This document shows positions 13,484 to 26,824 of a stretch of DNA of 64,000 nucleotides, in pieces. Under the pieces are notes generated by a model that ran no database searches, was not told the DNA's origin, and saw nothing but the letters and a program-made list of their open reading frames with translations. Source of the stretch: Dipteris shenzhenensis (Eukaryota); NCBI GenBank assembly GCA_047967505.1, contig CM106538.1. One strand, 5' to 3'. Positions within the stretch are counted from its first letter, which is position 1. Each line of letters starts with the position of its first letter. The translations under genes and the position numbers were made by a program.

Positions 13484-14720
13484 TATTAACGTCCACAAGA
13501 GGCCTCGCAGGCCTATGGGACAAAGTACGGAATCAAGTAACTCATACAGACCACTGTGGGTTGGGGCAAAGGGCTCACTAAGGCCCTTGTTGAGTACTAA
13601 AATGCTATACTAGTACAAAATAGCAAAAAAGTAGCAAAATAGCATGAGGGTGGCATGAAAATATCAAATGCTTAGGGCTATAGTCCCAAGTGCATGAACC
13701 GGCTCCACGTATCCAGGCTCCATGGTGGCTCTTTGATGAGATGGTCTCATCGATCTTTGGATCTGATGGGCTATGTCAAGAGTGATGCCTCGCCTCGGTT
13801 GATCTCCCCTAAGGAGAACTGAAATAGGTTGAACCTCAATCGTGTGTGCTCTGGTCGCCTGTCGCACCGTGTACGGTCTCTGTGTCCCTCGCCTGGTAGT
13901 CTCTCTCCATTGATCCATATATCTCTCATGTTGGCTAGCTCCTCCTCCTCTATCCCAAAGTGCCCGCGGGTTGAGTCAAATGCATAGAAATCCGTGACTT
14001 GTCTCTGCACTTGGTCTAGCTTGGTATCCTGTGGTGCGGTGGTCCCATCCTCTTGCTCTTTGATATGTCATAGTAGTGTCTCCCTGTGTCATTGCATCTC
14101 CATTAGGAAGAGCTCAATACGGACCTGCCTGCTCCTGGAAGTGGATCAGTCGTGAGAGTGGGCCAAAGCCGTACCCCTCTTGAAAAAGGCAGTGGTAGCG
14201 CCCTTGGATCTCATAGTAGGCTGGGCAGACACATATAAAGTGCCCCTCTGTCTCGACCGCCCCCATCGTGCATAACCTGCAAGTCCGTTGCTCTCTGGGT
14301 ATGCGTGCAGCTCTCCTTGTCTCGATCCTCAATTGATGGGACGACCCGAAGAGAGTCGGTGAGAGAGGGCATCCCTGCTTTACTCCGATCGTGCTCTCAA
14401 TCCAGTCTGATAGGCCTCCTGGGACACGAACTCTCCCTCTGACGGACTCGTATAGGCTCACCATTCCCCAGAACATAACCTCTGGAATGTGGATATCCTG
14501 TAGTCTCTTGATCATGGGGGATCATGGGACAATGTGGAAGGCCTTCCGAAAGTCTACAAAACATGCGTAGACTTTGTGGCGTCTCGATTTCGCCTCCTCA
14601 ATGACAGTCCTCAGGGTGAAGATGTGGTCTAGAGTGGAGTGCTGTCTCTGGAAACCTGCTTGCCCTAGAGCACGCTGCTCATGTGTCTCTGTATGGCTGC
14701 TGATCTCCCTCTCCAGTATC
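13483..14720 (-). mobile_element. RTE-X-like LINE family 2, internally deleted copy with intact 3' end
   Basis: GQAGF...VDFRKAF...GVKQGCPLSPTLFG fused to SSHQLRIET...CRLC...EGHFICVCPAY (C-terminal CCHC), C-terminal extension, 3' stem-loop, (TC)n tail. Confidence 0.85.
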
Positions 14721-14799
14721 AAAAGTGGTTGTAGTAGAGCTGGGTCTTGGTGGGGAACTCTTGGTCCCCCCCCCCTCTCCCCCCCCAAGTGCAAGATGT

Positions 14800-15830
14800 G
14801 TGGAGCTAGAGGAGATCTAACCGTATGATGCGGTTAATCTCATCTCGTGGGAGTCGCTCTAGTCGGGCCAAGGCGCCATGCCCTTGTGTGAGTCATGCTC
14901 TGGTTGCGTGGGTCATCGTGAAAATTGGCCCTGTGAAAACTGCACCCAAGTATGTGTAGGACTGCACAATCTCCACTGGCTGACTCTTGTATGTAAAGCT
15001 ACATCGGTGAAGCACTGTGTAGAAGGTGTTGAAGATCATGACCTTGGTCTTCCCAAGGTTAACCATCAGGTCTCTCTCTTTGCAGAACACCTCTAGGGCA
15101 TCTAGATGTCTCTGTAGTCCCTCTGTTGAAGATGACAGGAGGACTATGTCATCTGCATATAGTAGAATCTGTATCATCAAGTTTGCTAGTGGTGCTCCCT
15201 CGCCTCCTAGGCGGTCTATGAAAGATGTAATCTCATCAATGTAGAGCCCAAAGAGAGTCGGTGAGAGAGGGCACCCCTGCTTTATTCCGATCGTGCTCTC
15301 AATCCAGTCTGATAGGCCTTCTGGGGCACGAACTCTCCCTCTAACGGACTCGTATAGGCTCACCACTCCAGATCAAAACCTGTGGAATCTGCATATCGTG
15401 TAGTCTTTTGATCATGCGGGATCGCGGGACAGTTTTGAAGGCCTTCGGAAAGTCTACAAAACAAGCGTACACTTTATGGCGTCTCGACCTTGCCTCCTCA
15501 ATGATAACCCTCACGGTGAAGATGTGGTCTAGAGTGGAGTGCTATCTCCGGAAGCTTGCCTACCCCAGAGCACGCTGCCCATGTGCCTCTGTATGGGTGT
15601 TGATCTTCCTCTCCAGTATCAATCCATAGATCTTTTGGCCAGTGTGTGGCCAATCATGAGAGTGCGATAGTTCTCAGTATCCATGGGGTCGCCTGCCTTG
15701 TGTATCGGTACTATGGTGGTGGTACTTGATGAGGGTGGGAAGCCGTGACATATGGCGTGATTGAACATCTGTGCTAGTACCAGAGCCAAAACCTCCTGTC
15801 CATGATCGAAATGCTCAATCTGTAGCCCCT
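14800..15830 (-). mobile_element. RTE-X-like LINE RT fragment (second copy)
   Basis: PIHKAGDPMDTENYRT; GIKQGCPLSPTLFGLYID; LLYADD; VNLGKTKVMIFN; YTYLG. Confidence 0.9.
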
Positions 15831-15833
15831 CAT

Positions 15834-15865
15834 CACACACACACACACACGCACACACACACACA

Positions 15866-15902
<37 letters not shown>
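15834..15902. repeat. Compound (CA)n(TC)n microsatellite
   Basis: Directly visible. Confidence 0.95.
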
Positions 15903-15905
<3 letters not shown>

Positions 15906-15989
15906 GAGCCTATCTTGTAAAAGATGTTGCAAAACAATGAAGTAGTTTAATGAATTTAATTGACTTAATATTTCTTATCATCAATGCAG

Positions 15990-16076
15990 GTGAAACATCC
16001 ACATTTGGGGCCGCTTTGCACATCGTTGGTCCCGTGTGTCTTAATGGCTTTGGATCACTATTTACCTCATGTTAAG
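15990..16076 (+). CDS. TTI2: Internal coding exon of TTI2-like (At2g39910-like) ARM-repeat gene
   Basis: tgcag| acceptor; encodes VKHPHLGPLCTSLVPCVLMALDHYLPHVK, which matches my recollection of the plant Tti2-family motif HPHLG..PC.L.ALDH..P.VK; ends AAG|GCAAGA (GC donor) and joins in phase 0 to the exon at 41910. Upstream exons were not found in the window. Confidence 0.85.
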
Positions 16077-16389
16077 GCAAGAACTGTTGCTCTATTGATT
16101 TTACATGGAAGTCTGGATTTTCCTACTAAGCATGAAACAAGGTCTTTTGAAAGAAAGCAAGAATCTCTGTTTTTTTGTAGATTTTGCTTACAATACAATA
16201 GCATTCTACTAAAAATTCACACAATGTAGTGAAATGAAAATTTGGGGTTGGTTGCTACTTGGTCGTGTATCAAATTCGATAGAGCATGGTTAATTTCAAA
16301 TGGTTTTTTTTACGTCTTACACTTGTGAATAATATAGCCTATGCTGGCTCCTTATTGTTCCCCTATGCCTAAAATACGTCCCGACTTAG

Positions 16390-17560
16390 TGTAGGCTCAA
16401 GGAAGCGGAAGGAGGTACAAATGTGGAGCAGAATGTTGAAAGCCGTCACATCAACTACTAGAGAAAGAGAGTACAAAGTACAAAATAAAAGGGAACCCTA
16501 GGACAATGTCCTAGTGGTACCACTAGTACTAGGTGTCATAAGACACTAAAAGTACTAGGTGACCTAAGTGCCAATAACTAAAGCTACATGGCACATACCA
16601 GGGCCCAAAGGGCATCAATACGATCGGGAGATGATGGCCTACAAACCCCTAGGTAGGACAACTCTCTGTCTCCTGTTGACAACCGCTCTCAAAGATAATG
16701 ATAGTGAACCTCAATGTGCTTGGTACGCGCATGAAACACTGGATTACATGCAATAGCCAAAGCACTCTGGCTGTTAGTGTAGACCATAGTGGAGGATGTC
16801 TGGCAGATACCAAGATCTGCAAGTAATTGTCGAAGCTAGACACACTCTACTGTAGCGGTGAAGGCTGCCCTGTACTTAGCCTCACAGCTGGATGTGGCAA
16901 CTGTTGGTTCCTTCTTGCTGAGCTAAGAGATACATGAACTGCCAAGCAAAAAACAGTCGCCGGTATGTGACACTCAGGTGTCGGAACAAACTGCCTAGTC
17001 ACTATCCGTGTAAGCATGCATGGTAAGTGAACCTTGATCACCGTAGAAGAGGGCTAAATCTTGAGTGCCTCTGAGATATCTGAAGACTCTCTTCCCTGCC
17101 TACCAATGCTGTGAACTGGGCATGTGCATGAACCTGCTGAGCTGGGATAGTGTATACTGTAAGTCAGGTCTGGTGTGGCATAAGTAAATGAGACATCCAA
17201 CAGCCTGGTGGTAAAGAGTGATATCACATGGTGGGCTCCCATCATGAGCTGAAAATTTGAAGCCAGGGTCCACAGGAGTAGAGATTGGCTTGCAATCCTC
17301 AAACGGAAAACGATCAAGGAGCTGTCCAATATACTTGGACTGTGTCATCATAATACCCCCCTCAACATGAGCAAACTGATTGCCCAAATAATAGTGCAGC
17401 TGTCCCATGTCTGACATTTCAAAAGCTTGCTGCAAATCAGCCTTGAAAGCTGCAATATGCTGAGTATCAGGGCCCGCGATCAGCATGTCATCCACATATA
17501 AAATCAGCACTAAAAAATCAGATCCACTCCCACGGACATAAAGAGTGGGCTCTGTTGGGC
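16390..17560 (-). mobile_element. Ty1/copia RT fragment with downstream LTR-like sequence
   Basis: LILYVDDMLIAG...FEMSDMGQLHYYLG...YHQAVGCLIYLCHTRPDL at 17100-17510; the LTR-like part is weakly supported. Confidence 0.75.
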
Positions 17561-18366
17561 TATTCTAAAAACCAAGGGACAGTAAGTGTGCAAGGCTGAT
17601 GAGGAGGATGTGGATTTATTCAAGGCACAAGTGCAGAGGTTCATGAGTGCTTTCACGCAGTTCACATAGGATCCTCGCTTCCAGAAAACGCTGAATTTTG
17701 ATGTGCAGCCGAAGAAAAGGAAGCTCGATGATGGGGTTAAGGATGTTGAAGCTAACAAGAGACCGCATGTTAGCTTTCAAGATCAGCCCTCTCAAAATCT
17801 CTATGGTCTGCAGTAGCCTAATGTTATTCCTGGGACAACTCAAGGTAATAATTTTCAGTCCATGGTTTCTGGACAGCAAGTTTTCTAAAGGGGAATGCAC
17901 TTCAGTGGTTGACCACTATGCTCATGCAAAACACCGCACGAAACACGTGGATAGGTTTCAAACAGCTGCGTGGCTTACCACAACTTTTGAAGTGGATATT
18001 ATGACTGCTTGGCATGAGCTGAATTCCAATAATTGCCACAATTTAGAGGAGTATAAAAGCAAGTTTGGGTGGCTTTGCTGCCTATTAGCTCCTACCGGAT
18101 TGGTCCTTTCGCTAAACAGGTTGAGAAATATTGCTGCGGGCTGCCGAACGAGTTGAGAGGCTACTACACGAAGACTAAAGTCTCCAACATGTCTCCAATA
18201 TGCTAGCATGGCATATGCTTTGGTGTAGGGGAAGACTTTTGGGTTCAAAGGATGGTAGAGACGAGATTTGGGTTCGATTTTCCAAAATAGAGAAGAATAC
18301 TAATTATCAGAATGCTGCGTTTGTTGCAGGGAGGCGACAAAACAATAAAAAGGCAGCTGCGTATTT

Positions 18367-19198
18367 TTTTTTTCCCCCCAAGAAAAAGACTTCTATTAAG
18401 TAAGAGAAAAAACCCGCGAGAGCAAGCTCAAAGCGGAATACATCATGAAATCACGAGGATAAATAAAAAACCCCCTCAGAGTGAGGTGGAAAACAACCAA
18501 GGCTGAGGCTGAAAGTGCCACCTCAACCCTGTAGTAGTTTCAGAGAAGAAAGGAGAATCCTTCCATTCCCTGAAGAAAGAAGCCCTCCTAGCTGAGGCTG
18601 CACGGGAGTCCCCCTGCATACCCGTCCATATGGCCATCACAAAGTATGTACGATGTTTGTCCAGATACTAGCCAATGTGTGCGAGGGATGAACCTGAGTA
18701 CCTTCCAAAGCCTCTGTGCATCTGGCTCTCCAGATATGCCAGGATGCTATGCTCGCTAGAATCTCCCAAGAAGTATCCACAGAGGCATGTACAGCTGTAA
18801 AAGGAAGGTGTGGTACCACATCCAACGAACAGGACTCAATCCGATGACGTCGAACCGAAATGGCCCGAGAGGAGTCAACTCCCTCATAGAAAACCTGAGG
18901 TCTTGTAAGAGAAAGCCAAGCCACCGAGCCCCATGTCATAAAAAATGGGGAATGGGCAAAGTGACTGAAAATCCTGGCTACCCCCATCCAAATCATCCTC
19001 GCCTGTCTGCAATCCCATAAGCAATGCTGAATAGACTCCGAAGCAGAAAGGCATCGAGGGCATGTAGGGTCGGCTCGGAACCTGGACCTCCAAAGGTTCA
19101 CTGCAATCCCTCCATGGATAGAAAGCCAAAAGAAGATAGTGATCTTTCTATTCTTGTGGGATTCCCAGAGTCTCCTCCAGAAGCACCTCTGCTGATCC
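18367..19198 (-). mobile_element. 5'-truncated L1 insertion with 14-bp TSD
   Basis: TSD GCAGCTGCGTATTT at 18353-18366 and 19199-19212; poly(T) on + strand at the left end; zf-RVT CPRC..ESIQHCLWDC. Confidence 0.92.
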
Positions 19199-19966
19199 GC
19201 AGCTGCGTATTTGAGTCTAGAAGAGCTGAAAACTCTCTATGAAGAAAAGAGATGTTTTAAATGCAAAGAACCAGGTCATGTGTCTCGGGATTGCCCAAAG
19301 TGGAATGAGGAGAAGGCTGATGTAGGCAAAGGTGATCAGAAGGGGAAGAAATAGAAGACCATGGCTGGTTTGATGCCTGATGTGATCAGTGAACAGACCT
19401 AGGGTGAGGAAATTGAGTTATGCAGAGCTTGGGATAAGGTTTGGGATCAAACAGCCCTTATTTTCTTTGATCTAGGTGAAAAGGCCAACTTTATTTATTC
19501 AGAGATGGCAGTGAGATTGGACATTTGAGCCGAGGAGATGTGACTGAGCTGTGAAGCCGGTATGGCTAGCTTGGAGTTCACTACTTCTGTCACACCTATC
19601 ATAGGGAAGTTGCGCTTGCATATTCAGTCTTTTGTGTATAGAAGCCAAGAAGAGAAAAATTACAGTTTCACATAAGGGGAAGACCCATGTAATTGATGCA
19701 AAATTAAAAGGGGAGTCTATCCCAGTTGTAACGGATTCTGCCATTAATTCTGTAATGAAAAGCCATATTTCTGCGTACATAGTTTTTGCTAGAGAGATAC
19801 CCCCTGTAAATGAAGAGCATACTGTTTCCCGTTTGGAAAAGCAAAGGACTGTTTTCTAACTGAATTTTCAAATTGCTTTTCTAATGAGTTGCCTAGTGAG
19901 CTTCCACCAGAAAGGCCAGAAGACCATGGGATTGACATCATACCTGGCAGTAGTCCACCCAATAAA

Positions 19967-20493
19967 TGACACAATCCCAGCACTCCTGAAACCTCTGATC
20001 TGCAAGCAAACACAAGAACACACCAACGTGAGGAAACTGAGCAGGCTGCTCACCACCCAACCATGACATCTACGATATGTGATCCCGAATCGAAAGATGT
20101 CCTTTTCGAGCCATGAGCTGAGCTACTGGCACGAACTCCCAACCAGATCCTAACCAGCCTGGTAGATACCACCAGGTGGCGCTGTGAAGGTTGGGATCTG
20201 CTGCTGGGCCTTGGGCTACGGTATGATGCAGGCGCACGTTCACGACTCAATCCAGGATCAGACCTAGCATCTGGGAACGAGACTTGCTCCCATCGGCTCC
20301 TTGAGAATTGAACCTTTGGGCCCCTTATATAGACTTGGGCCCCAAGTGCCAAAAATAGCGAAGACCTCTAACTGGTTCGTACCCTTGCCACTCAACCCGA
20401 GAATCAAGCCTGCCTAGCTTTAAGCCTTACCAGGCTACTTGAGCTAGTCTCGTGTACCCAGTACACGTCAGATACCAATCCGTGCACATGACA
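19967..20493 (-). repeat. 3' LTR of gypsy A
   Basis: Direct repeat of 26039-26568; adjacent to the PPT. Confidence 0.95.
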
Positions 20494-21716
20494 TACTTCT
20501 CCTCCTCTAAGAACTTACTCCTGAGTTCGCTAAAAAACCCGAGAATGTCCTCTGGAGGTTCTGTAATGTCTCCCATGTCGCATCCTCCTCAACACGATCC
20601 TTCCACTTGATCTTGTATTCCGTGATAGTTCTATTACGAATTTGTCTTTCACGAAATTCAAGAATACACTAAGGTTCGTGTGGAATAAAAGTCAAATCTG
20701 TAACTTCTATTATTTCTTGAGGAGAAACAAGTTGATCATCCACACCCAATAACTTTTTCAGTCTTCTGACATAAAATACTGGATGTACTTTAACATCAGG
20801 AGGCAATTCTGGTCGATATGCAACTGGTCCAATTCTTTTAATGACCTTGAACGGACCACAATATTTGGGGGATAACTTCGGAACCAAACTAGTACTTAGG
20901 CTCTTGGATTCCTTGGGAATTCGCAAATATACCATCGTTCCTTCAGAGAACTCTCTAGGTGAACGATGTCTATTAGCATAAAATCTGACCCGATCTTGGG
21001 CACTTCTAATAGACTCCTTGGCAAACTCCAACATTTCCTGCATGTCTAGCAAGAAGGTCTTTGTAGCATCATTTTGGATTCCCTTTAACCCAACCATAAC
21101 TGGTGACTTAGGTTGAAACCCGTACATAAGCATAAAAGGACTGTAACTAGTACTCGAATGCTTTGCATTGTTATAAGCAAATTCTATCATAGGTAGATAA
21201 TCTTCCCATGAAGACTGTCTCTTAGAAACATATGCCCGAAGCATATCTTCAACCAATTGGTTGACCGTCTCTGTACTGCCATCGGATTGTGCATGATCTG
21301 AGGAACTCATACTTAGAGTAGTTTCTAACTTCTCAAAAACAAGTGTCCAAAAGTTACTTGGAAATTTGAGTCCTTGTCACTGACTATGTCAGAGGGCAAA
21401 CCATACAGCTTAAACAAGTGGTCCACAAACTCGTGAGCCAGCTGAATAGCTGAAATAGTTGTTCTAGTAGGTAAGAATCGAGCCATTTTTGTCAGACGGT
21501 CGACTATGACCCAAATGGAGTCATGACCCTTGCGCGTTCGAGGCAAACCAGTAATAAAATCCATGGAAATAATTTCCTAGTTATTACCTGGAATTTGCAA
21601 TGGCTGTAATAAACCCGCACTCCTAAGGCGTTCTGCCTTAGTAACCTGACAAACCCGGCAACGTACCACATAGTTTTCAATAAATGCACACATTTTAGGC
21701 CAATAAAAGGTATGCT

Positions 21717-22901
21717 TCACAAGAGACAGAGTCCGATGTATACCCGGATGTCCAGCACTAGGAGCATCATGACACTGGATTGAAGTTCTAGAACATCTGG
21801 CACACAAATCTTTCCATTCCGGAATAGCAAGCTGTTCCTAATCATCCAGTGACCTCCCGCCGCCTGTACCGTAGGGGGCACAATCCCTGAGTCTTGGTCA
21901 ACCATGGAGCTCCCATCCTGGACCTTTTGCCTATAAGAACTGAAATGACTATCAGTTGCGCAAAGCCCTCTCAAGGATTGAAATAGGTCTGAGGATATTT
22001 CCGTAAATGACATAGCATTTACAAACTTGACTCGACTTAAGGCATCCGCCATACTATTCAATGAACCTTTGCGATAACGTATTTCAAAATCAAAATCTTG
22101 CATTAATTCTGCCCATCTAGCTTTCCGTCCCCTCAATTCAGACCCATCACACACATACTTGATTGACTGATGATCGGTCAATACAAGAAACTTCGAACCA
22201 TACAAGTAGTGTCTCCAAACCTTTAGTGCATACACGACTGCATAGAGTTCTTTTTCTAGTGTGGGCCAACGATATTGGGTGTCATCTAGCTTCTTACTCT
22301 CAAAAGCTACGGGTCTGCCCTCTTGGAATAAAGCTGCCCTAATCGCAAAATCACTCGCATCGGCCTCTAAAACATAAGGCCGGGTAGGATCGGGTAATGC
22401 AAGAACGGGTACTTCCTTGATAGTTAACTTCAAGGTTTCAAAAGCCTTGTTTAATGCGTCATTCCAAGAGATCGGTTGGGTAGACCTGCGTCCACGACCT
22501 TTCAATATGTTTGTCAGGGGTGCCGTGATGTGTGAATAATCACGCTCAGACTTCCGTAGAAATACCGTAAATCCTAGGAAAGAACGAAGTTGTTTCATAG
22601 TCTGAGGGATAGGCCATTCTAAAACCTTCTGGATACGATCTAGATCAATGCTAATACCTTCAGAAGAAATCTTGTGTCCTAAGTAAATGATCTCCTTCAT
22701 AAAGAAGTCACATTTACTCATCTTGGCATAGAGCTTATGCTGTCTTAGAATAACTAAGATAATTCGGAGGTGTCCTATGTGACCCTCTAGCGTTCGGCTA
22801 TATACCAAGATGTCATCTAAGAACACTATAATGTATTTGCCCAGAAAATCTCGGAACAAATCGTCCATCATTTGCTGGAAGGTGGCAGGAGCATCGGTCA
22901 A
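21717..22901 (-). pseudogene. Gypsy A RT/RNase H open segment
   Basis: 394-aa ORF: APATFQ, VFLDDILVYS, EADASD, LTDHQS, ADALSR. Confidence 0.9.
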
Positions 22902-23796
22902 ACCAAAAGGTAATACAAGAAACTCGTAGTGGCCATGCCTAGTTCGGAATGCGGTTCTATCTTTGTGTTTAGCATAGATACGGATTTAGTGATAACCCAT
23001 ACGTAAATCAATCTCAGTGAAATACTTCGTTTTGGCCAAACGGTCTATTAGATCATCGGAACGAGGTAGAGGGTATCGATTCTTAATTGTCACTTTATTC
23101 AATCGTTTATAGTCTATACACATTCTCCATGTAGCATCTTTCTTCTTTCTTAAGAGGACAGGTGCTCCCCAAGGTGATTTACTTGGGCGAACATAGCCCA
23201 TATTCAAATAATCTTGTAGCTGTGAAGCTAACTCATCCTCCTCAAGCTGGCTCATCCTATAAGGTGGAACACTAATAGATTGAGCCCCAGGTACTAAGTC
23301 TATGTGATGATCTACTGCCCGTTCTGGAGGTAAACCTTCCGGCAGTTGAGCAGGGAATACATCCATGAAATCATCTAACAACGTTCTCAATTCACGGTGT
23401 TCAAACACACTTAAATCATTCTTGTTATTAACAGATATAACAAATGAAGAAAGCGGAATCAAAACACACTGATAGACATCATAATGAGAAGTGTTTAATA
23501 TATTCCGAAGCTGCATCGCAGATACAATAGGTCCCTGAGAAGAGGGAATGCTATTACACTGAATACAAAATTGGGTGTCCGTATCCAAAAAAGAAAGAGT
23601 ATGGTCCTTTCATCCAATCCGAATATCGTGGGTTTTAAACCACTCTATTCCGATTAACAAGTCCACATGCTCTAAGTGCATGACATAGCATGTAAGAGCC
23701 GTTGTGTAATCTTGAATCCAGATAGAAAGCGCTTCAATCTTGCGATCCCAAAACTGCTTCCCAGCTGGAAGCTTCACCTCATAGGAGTGATCGCTA

Positions 23797-23917
23797 GGTA
23801 TCTGACGTGTACTGGGTACACAAGACTAGCTCAGGTAGCCTGGGGAGGCTTAGAGCTAGGCAGGCTTGATTCTCGGGTTGAGTGGCAACGGTACGAACCA
23901 GTTAGAGGTCTTCGCTA
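23797..23917 (+). repeat. Inverted 121-bp copy of gypsy A LTR inside its own protease region
   Basis: Reverse complement of LTR ~20356-20476; flanked by TCGCTAGGTAT at 23791-23801 and 23912-23922. Confidence 0.92.
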
Positions 23918-26038
23918 GGTATTGTGGACAGCCCCATCTTCTGCACAAGTTTGTAACTAACAAAGTTGTGAGAGCTGCTCGAGTCAAAAAGAATGTGAAC
24001 TCTTTGGTCCCTAACTTCTCCATAAACTTGGAAAAGATCATGGGAACCAAATAACGAAGTATTGAAGTGCAATTATAAGAAAGTGAGCAGGTAATGACAT
24101 TTACAAAAATACCTGTCATCGAAACTTGATTAGCTCCCTTAGCTTTGGTACCCGGACCCGCCTAGAGCTTCGGTCCCGGCGCTTGCTTCTGGTTCTTGCG
24201 CTTAGGACAATCATTCTTAGTGTGGCCCCGCTCCTCGCAGAAGAAGCAATGTCCTTCCTTCTTTAGCTTCAAGGTACGAAGGAAACGGGCACGACCATTC
24301 TTTGCTTGAGTCAAATGTTTCTTGGAGGCGTTGTCTATAGACTTCGACTCCCCGGTACTAGTGGTAGACTGAAAGAAGAACTTCCTCTTGTTCTTGCCAC
24401 TCGTGTCGGCAACTGTGGTTCCCTTTGCACTGGTCATGGTATCATCATAAATGCGCGCGTAATTCATGGCCTCTTGCAACGTGGTACATTTGTTGTTCTT
24501 GATCTGTAACTTGTATGACTCAGGCAAACCATCCACAAAGAAACCTAACAGGGTCACTGGATCCATCTTTGTAGCTCTGGTCGTCAAATCCCGAAACCTC
24601 TGAAGATAAACCTCAAAAGTCAAATTCAGCTTGGACATATCGAGGGCCTTGAGCTTGTCTACGATATCATAATCTTCCTCCTTCAGAAACTTTTTCCTGA
24701 AGACCCCTTCGAATTCTATCCATGTTGCAGGCTTGGGTTGGAGTTCCTTTTACCACAATAAAGCCTTTCCTGACATAAACCCGGCTGCAAGCTGTATTTT
24801 CTTGTCATCTGGATGAGGGTGAAACTGGAAGTGTACTTGCCACTTGTGCAACCAAGTGTCAACAACCTCCTTGGTACGAGACTTCTGGTCTCCAGGGAAA
24901 GGATCTGGAGTGATGTTCTGACCTAACACTAAAGCCATGGCATCCACATGCGTGAGCGCTTGAACAGTGCTAGTCAAAAGTGTGAGTGTAGTCTGAATCC
25001 CTTGGAGTTGCTGCGTCAACCCCGTTTGATTTGTGTTAACCTGCTCAAACTTTCCATCAAGAGCAGTGGTGAATTCACTGAAGGCTTGTTTCGTAATCAG
25101 ATCATCGTAGAGACCTTGGTCATCCTCCGCATGGTACTTCATATCTTGGTCTGCCATTGCAAGCTCAGGGTCTACAGAATCAGCCATGACTGAAATCTGA
25201 TCTGAAAAGAAGATAGGCTAGAGAAGAGAAACAAGCAGGTGGCCTCGGAGCTAGGAGGTAGAAACAAAGTGAAAGCTGGCCAAGAAGGAGGCGATGGAAG
25301 AAGGGAAAGCTGGTCGATGAAGAAGGTAAGCTGGCTGAGCTGAGCTGACGATTCAGCTCAGATTCTTGAACCTGGGACTCCGCTCTTGGCTGTCCGTACG
25401 AAGTACTGTAGCAGGCCGTACAAGTGTTCTGGCTCCCAAGCATGAAGATGTAGAGGGGCTGGAATTCTGCGCAATCTACAGGCTATGAGAGAAGGCAATT
25501 TGACCGTACTAATAGCGGGAGAGCAGGCTTTTAGTAAAGCCCTGCTTTACCAAAAGCTCACCCTCCAAAAACAGAGGGGTAGGGCTTTTTTAAGCCCCCA
25601 GGCCCCCCTGAAAAGCAACTGGCCTAGATTGCGATCCAGCCCTATCCTGTTGCGCACCTTCCTACGCTCCCCTTCTACCTGCCATCACAACCCCTGAGCA
25701 GCCAGTCGACATGCGGGATCCCCTTTGGTTCGCCCCAACTCTATTGTCTCTTCTGACTCCCTTCTGATGCCTCTACCCGGACCTCACTACTTCCTCCTAA
25801 CTACACCTCTCTCCCTCTCTCTCAACTTGTCACTTCTTGCAACGAAATCACCCTGCACTCTCTCTCTCTCTCTCCTTCCTTCTATCCCAATCTAATACCA
25901 CTTCCCTTAAGCGATGAACCAGCAGACACTTGCAGGGTTTTGAACATGAATTTCGAAATTAGGGCATACCTGGAGAAAAAATCGTCCAAAATTCTCGCAA
26001 TAGAAGTTCCTACCTCAGGAGTTGGCTCTGATACCAAC

Positions 26039-26568
26039 TGACACAATCCCAGCACTCCTGAAACCTCTGATCTGCAAGCAAACACAAGAACACACCAACG
26101 TGAGGAAACTGAGCAGGTTGCTTACCACCCAACCATGACATCTACGAGATGTGATCCAGAATCAGAAGATGTCCCCTCCGAGCCACGAGCTGAGCTACTG
26201 GCACGAACTCCCAACCAGATCCTAACCAGCCTGGTGTCCCATACCACCAGGTGACACTGTGAAGGCTGGGATCTGCTGCTGAGCCTTAGGCTACGCTATG
26301 ATGCAGGCGCGCGTCCGTGACTTAATCCAGGATCAGACCTAGCACCTGGGAACGAGACTTGCTCCCATCGGCTCCCTGAGAACTGAACCTTTGAGTCCCT
26401 TATATAGACTCGGGCCCCAAGCGCCAAAAAGAGCAAAGACCTCTAATTGGTTCGTACCCTTGCCACTCAACTCGAGAATCAAGCTTGTCTAGCTCTAAGC
26501 CTCCCCAGGCTACCTAAGCTAGTCTTGTGTACCCAGTCCACATCGGATACCAATCCGTGCACATGACA
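26039..26568 (-). repeat. 5' LTR of gypsy A
   Basis: Direct repeat of 19967-20493; adjacent to the tRNA-iMet PBS. Confidence 0.95.
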
Positions 26569-26824
26569 ATAAACCACCTTATAGAGATAGTGAAGCGCAA
26601 CATGAGGAGATCATGAGGCAGGTTAATGAACTTTTGGAGAAGGGGCTGATTCAACCAAGCTCATCGCCTTATTGCTCTCCAATTCTGTTGGTTCATAAGA
26701 AGGATGGTTCTTGGTGTATGTGTATTGATTACCGCGCCTTGAATAAGATCACCATTAAGAATCGCATCTCTATACCCAGGATAGATGACATTCTGGATAG
26801 GTTGAAGGGGGGAGCTATTTTCAG

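Larger units (their letters stand above)
19967..26568 (-). mobile_element. Full-length Ty3/gypsy element A (LTR-gag-PR-RT-RH-INT-chromodomain-LTR), degenerate
   Basis: LTRs 19967-20493 and 26039-26568 (TG...CA); TSD ATAAA at 19962-19966 and 26569-26573; PBS TGGTATCAGAGCC next to 26039; PPT GAGGAGGAGAAGTA; gag CFFCEERGHTKNDC, RT FLDD, RNase H DAS, integrase GPF. Confidence 0.97.

Noticed and set aside
13490-13522. 3' structure as a hammerhead or HDV-like ribozyme
   Set aside because: It lacks the CUGANGA/GAAA core and any nested pseudoknot pairing, and it sits at the 3' rather than the 5' end of the elements.
13396-13581. Low-complexity ORFs (RERERE, SLSLSL, poly-S/E) here and at 44719, 45420 and 47570
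   Set aside because: These are translations of microsatellites.
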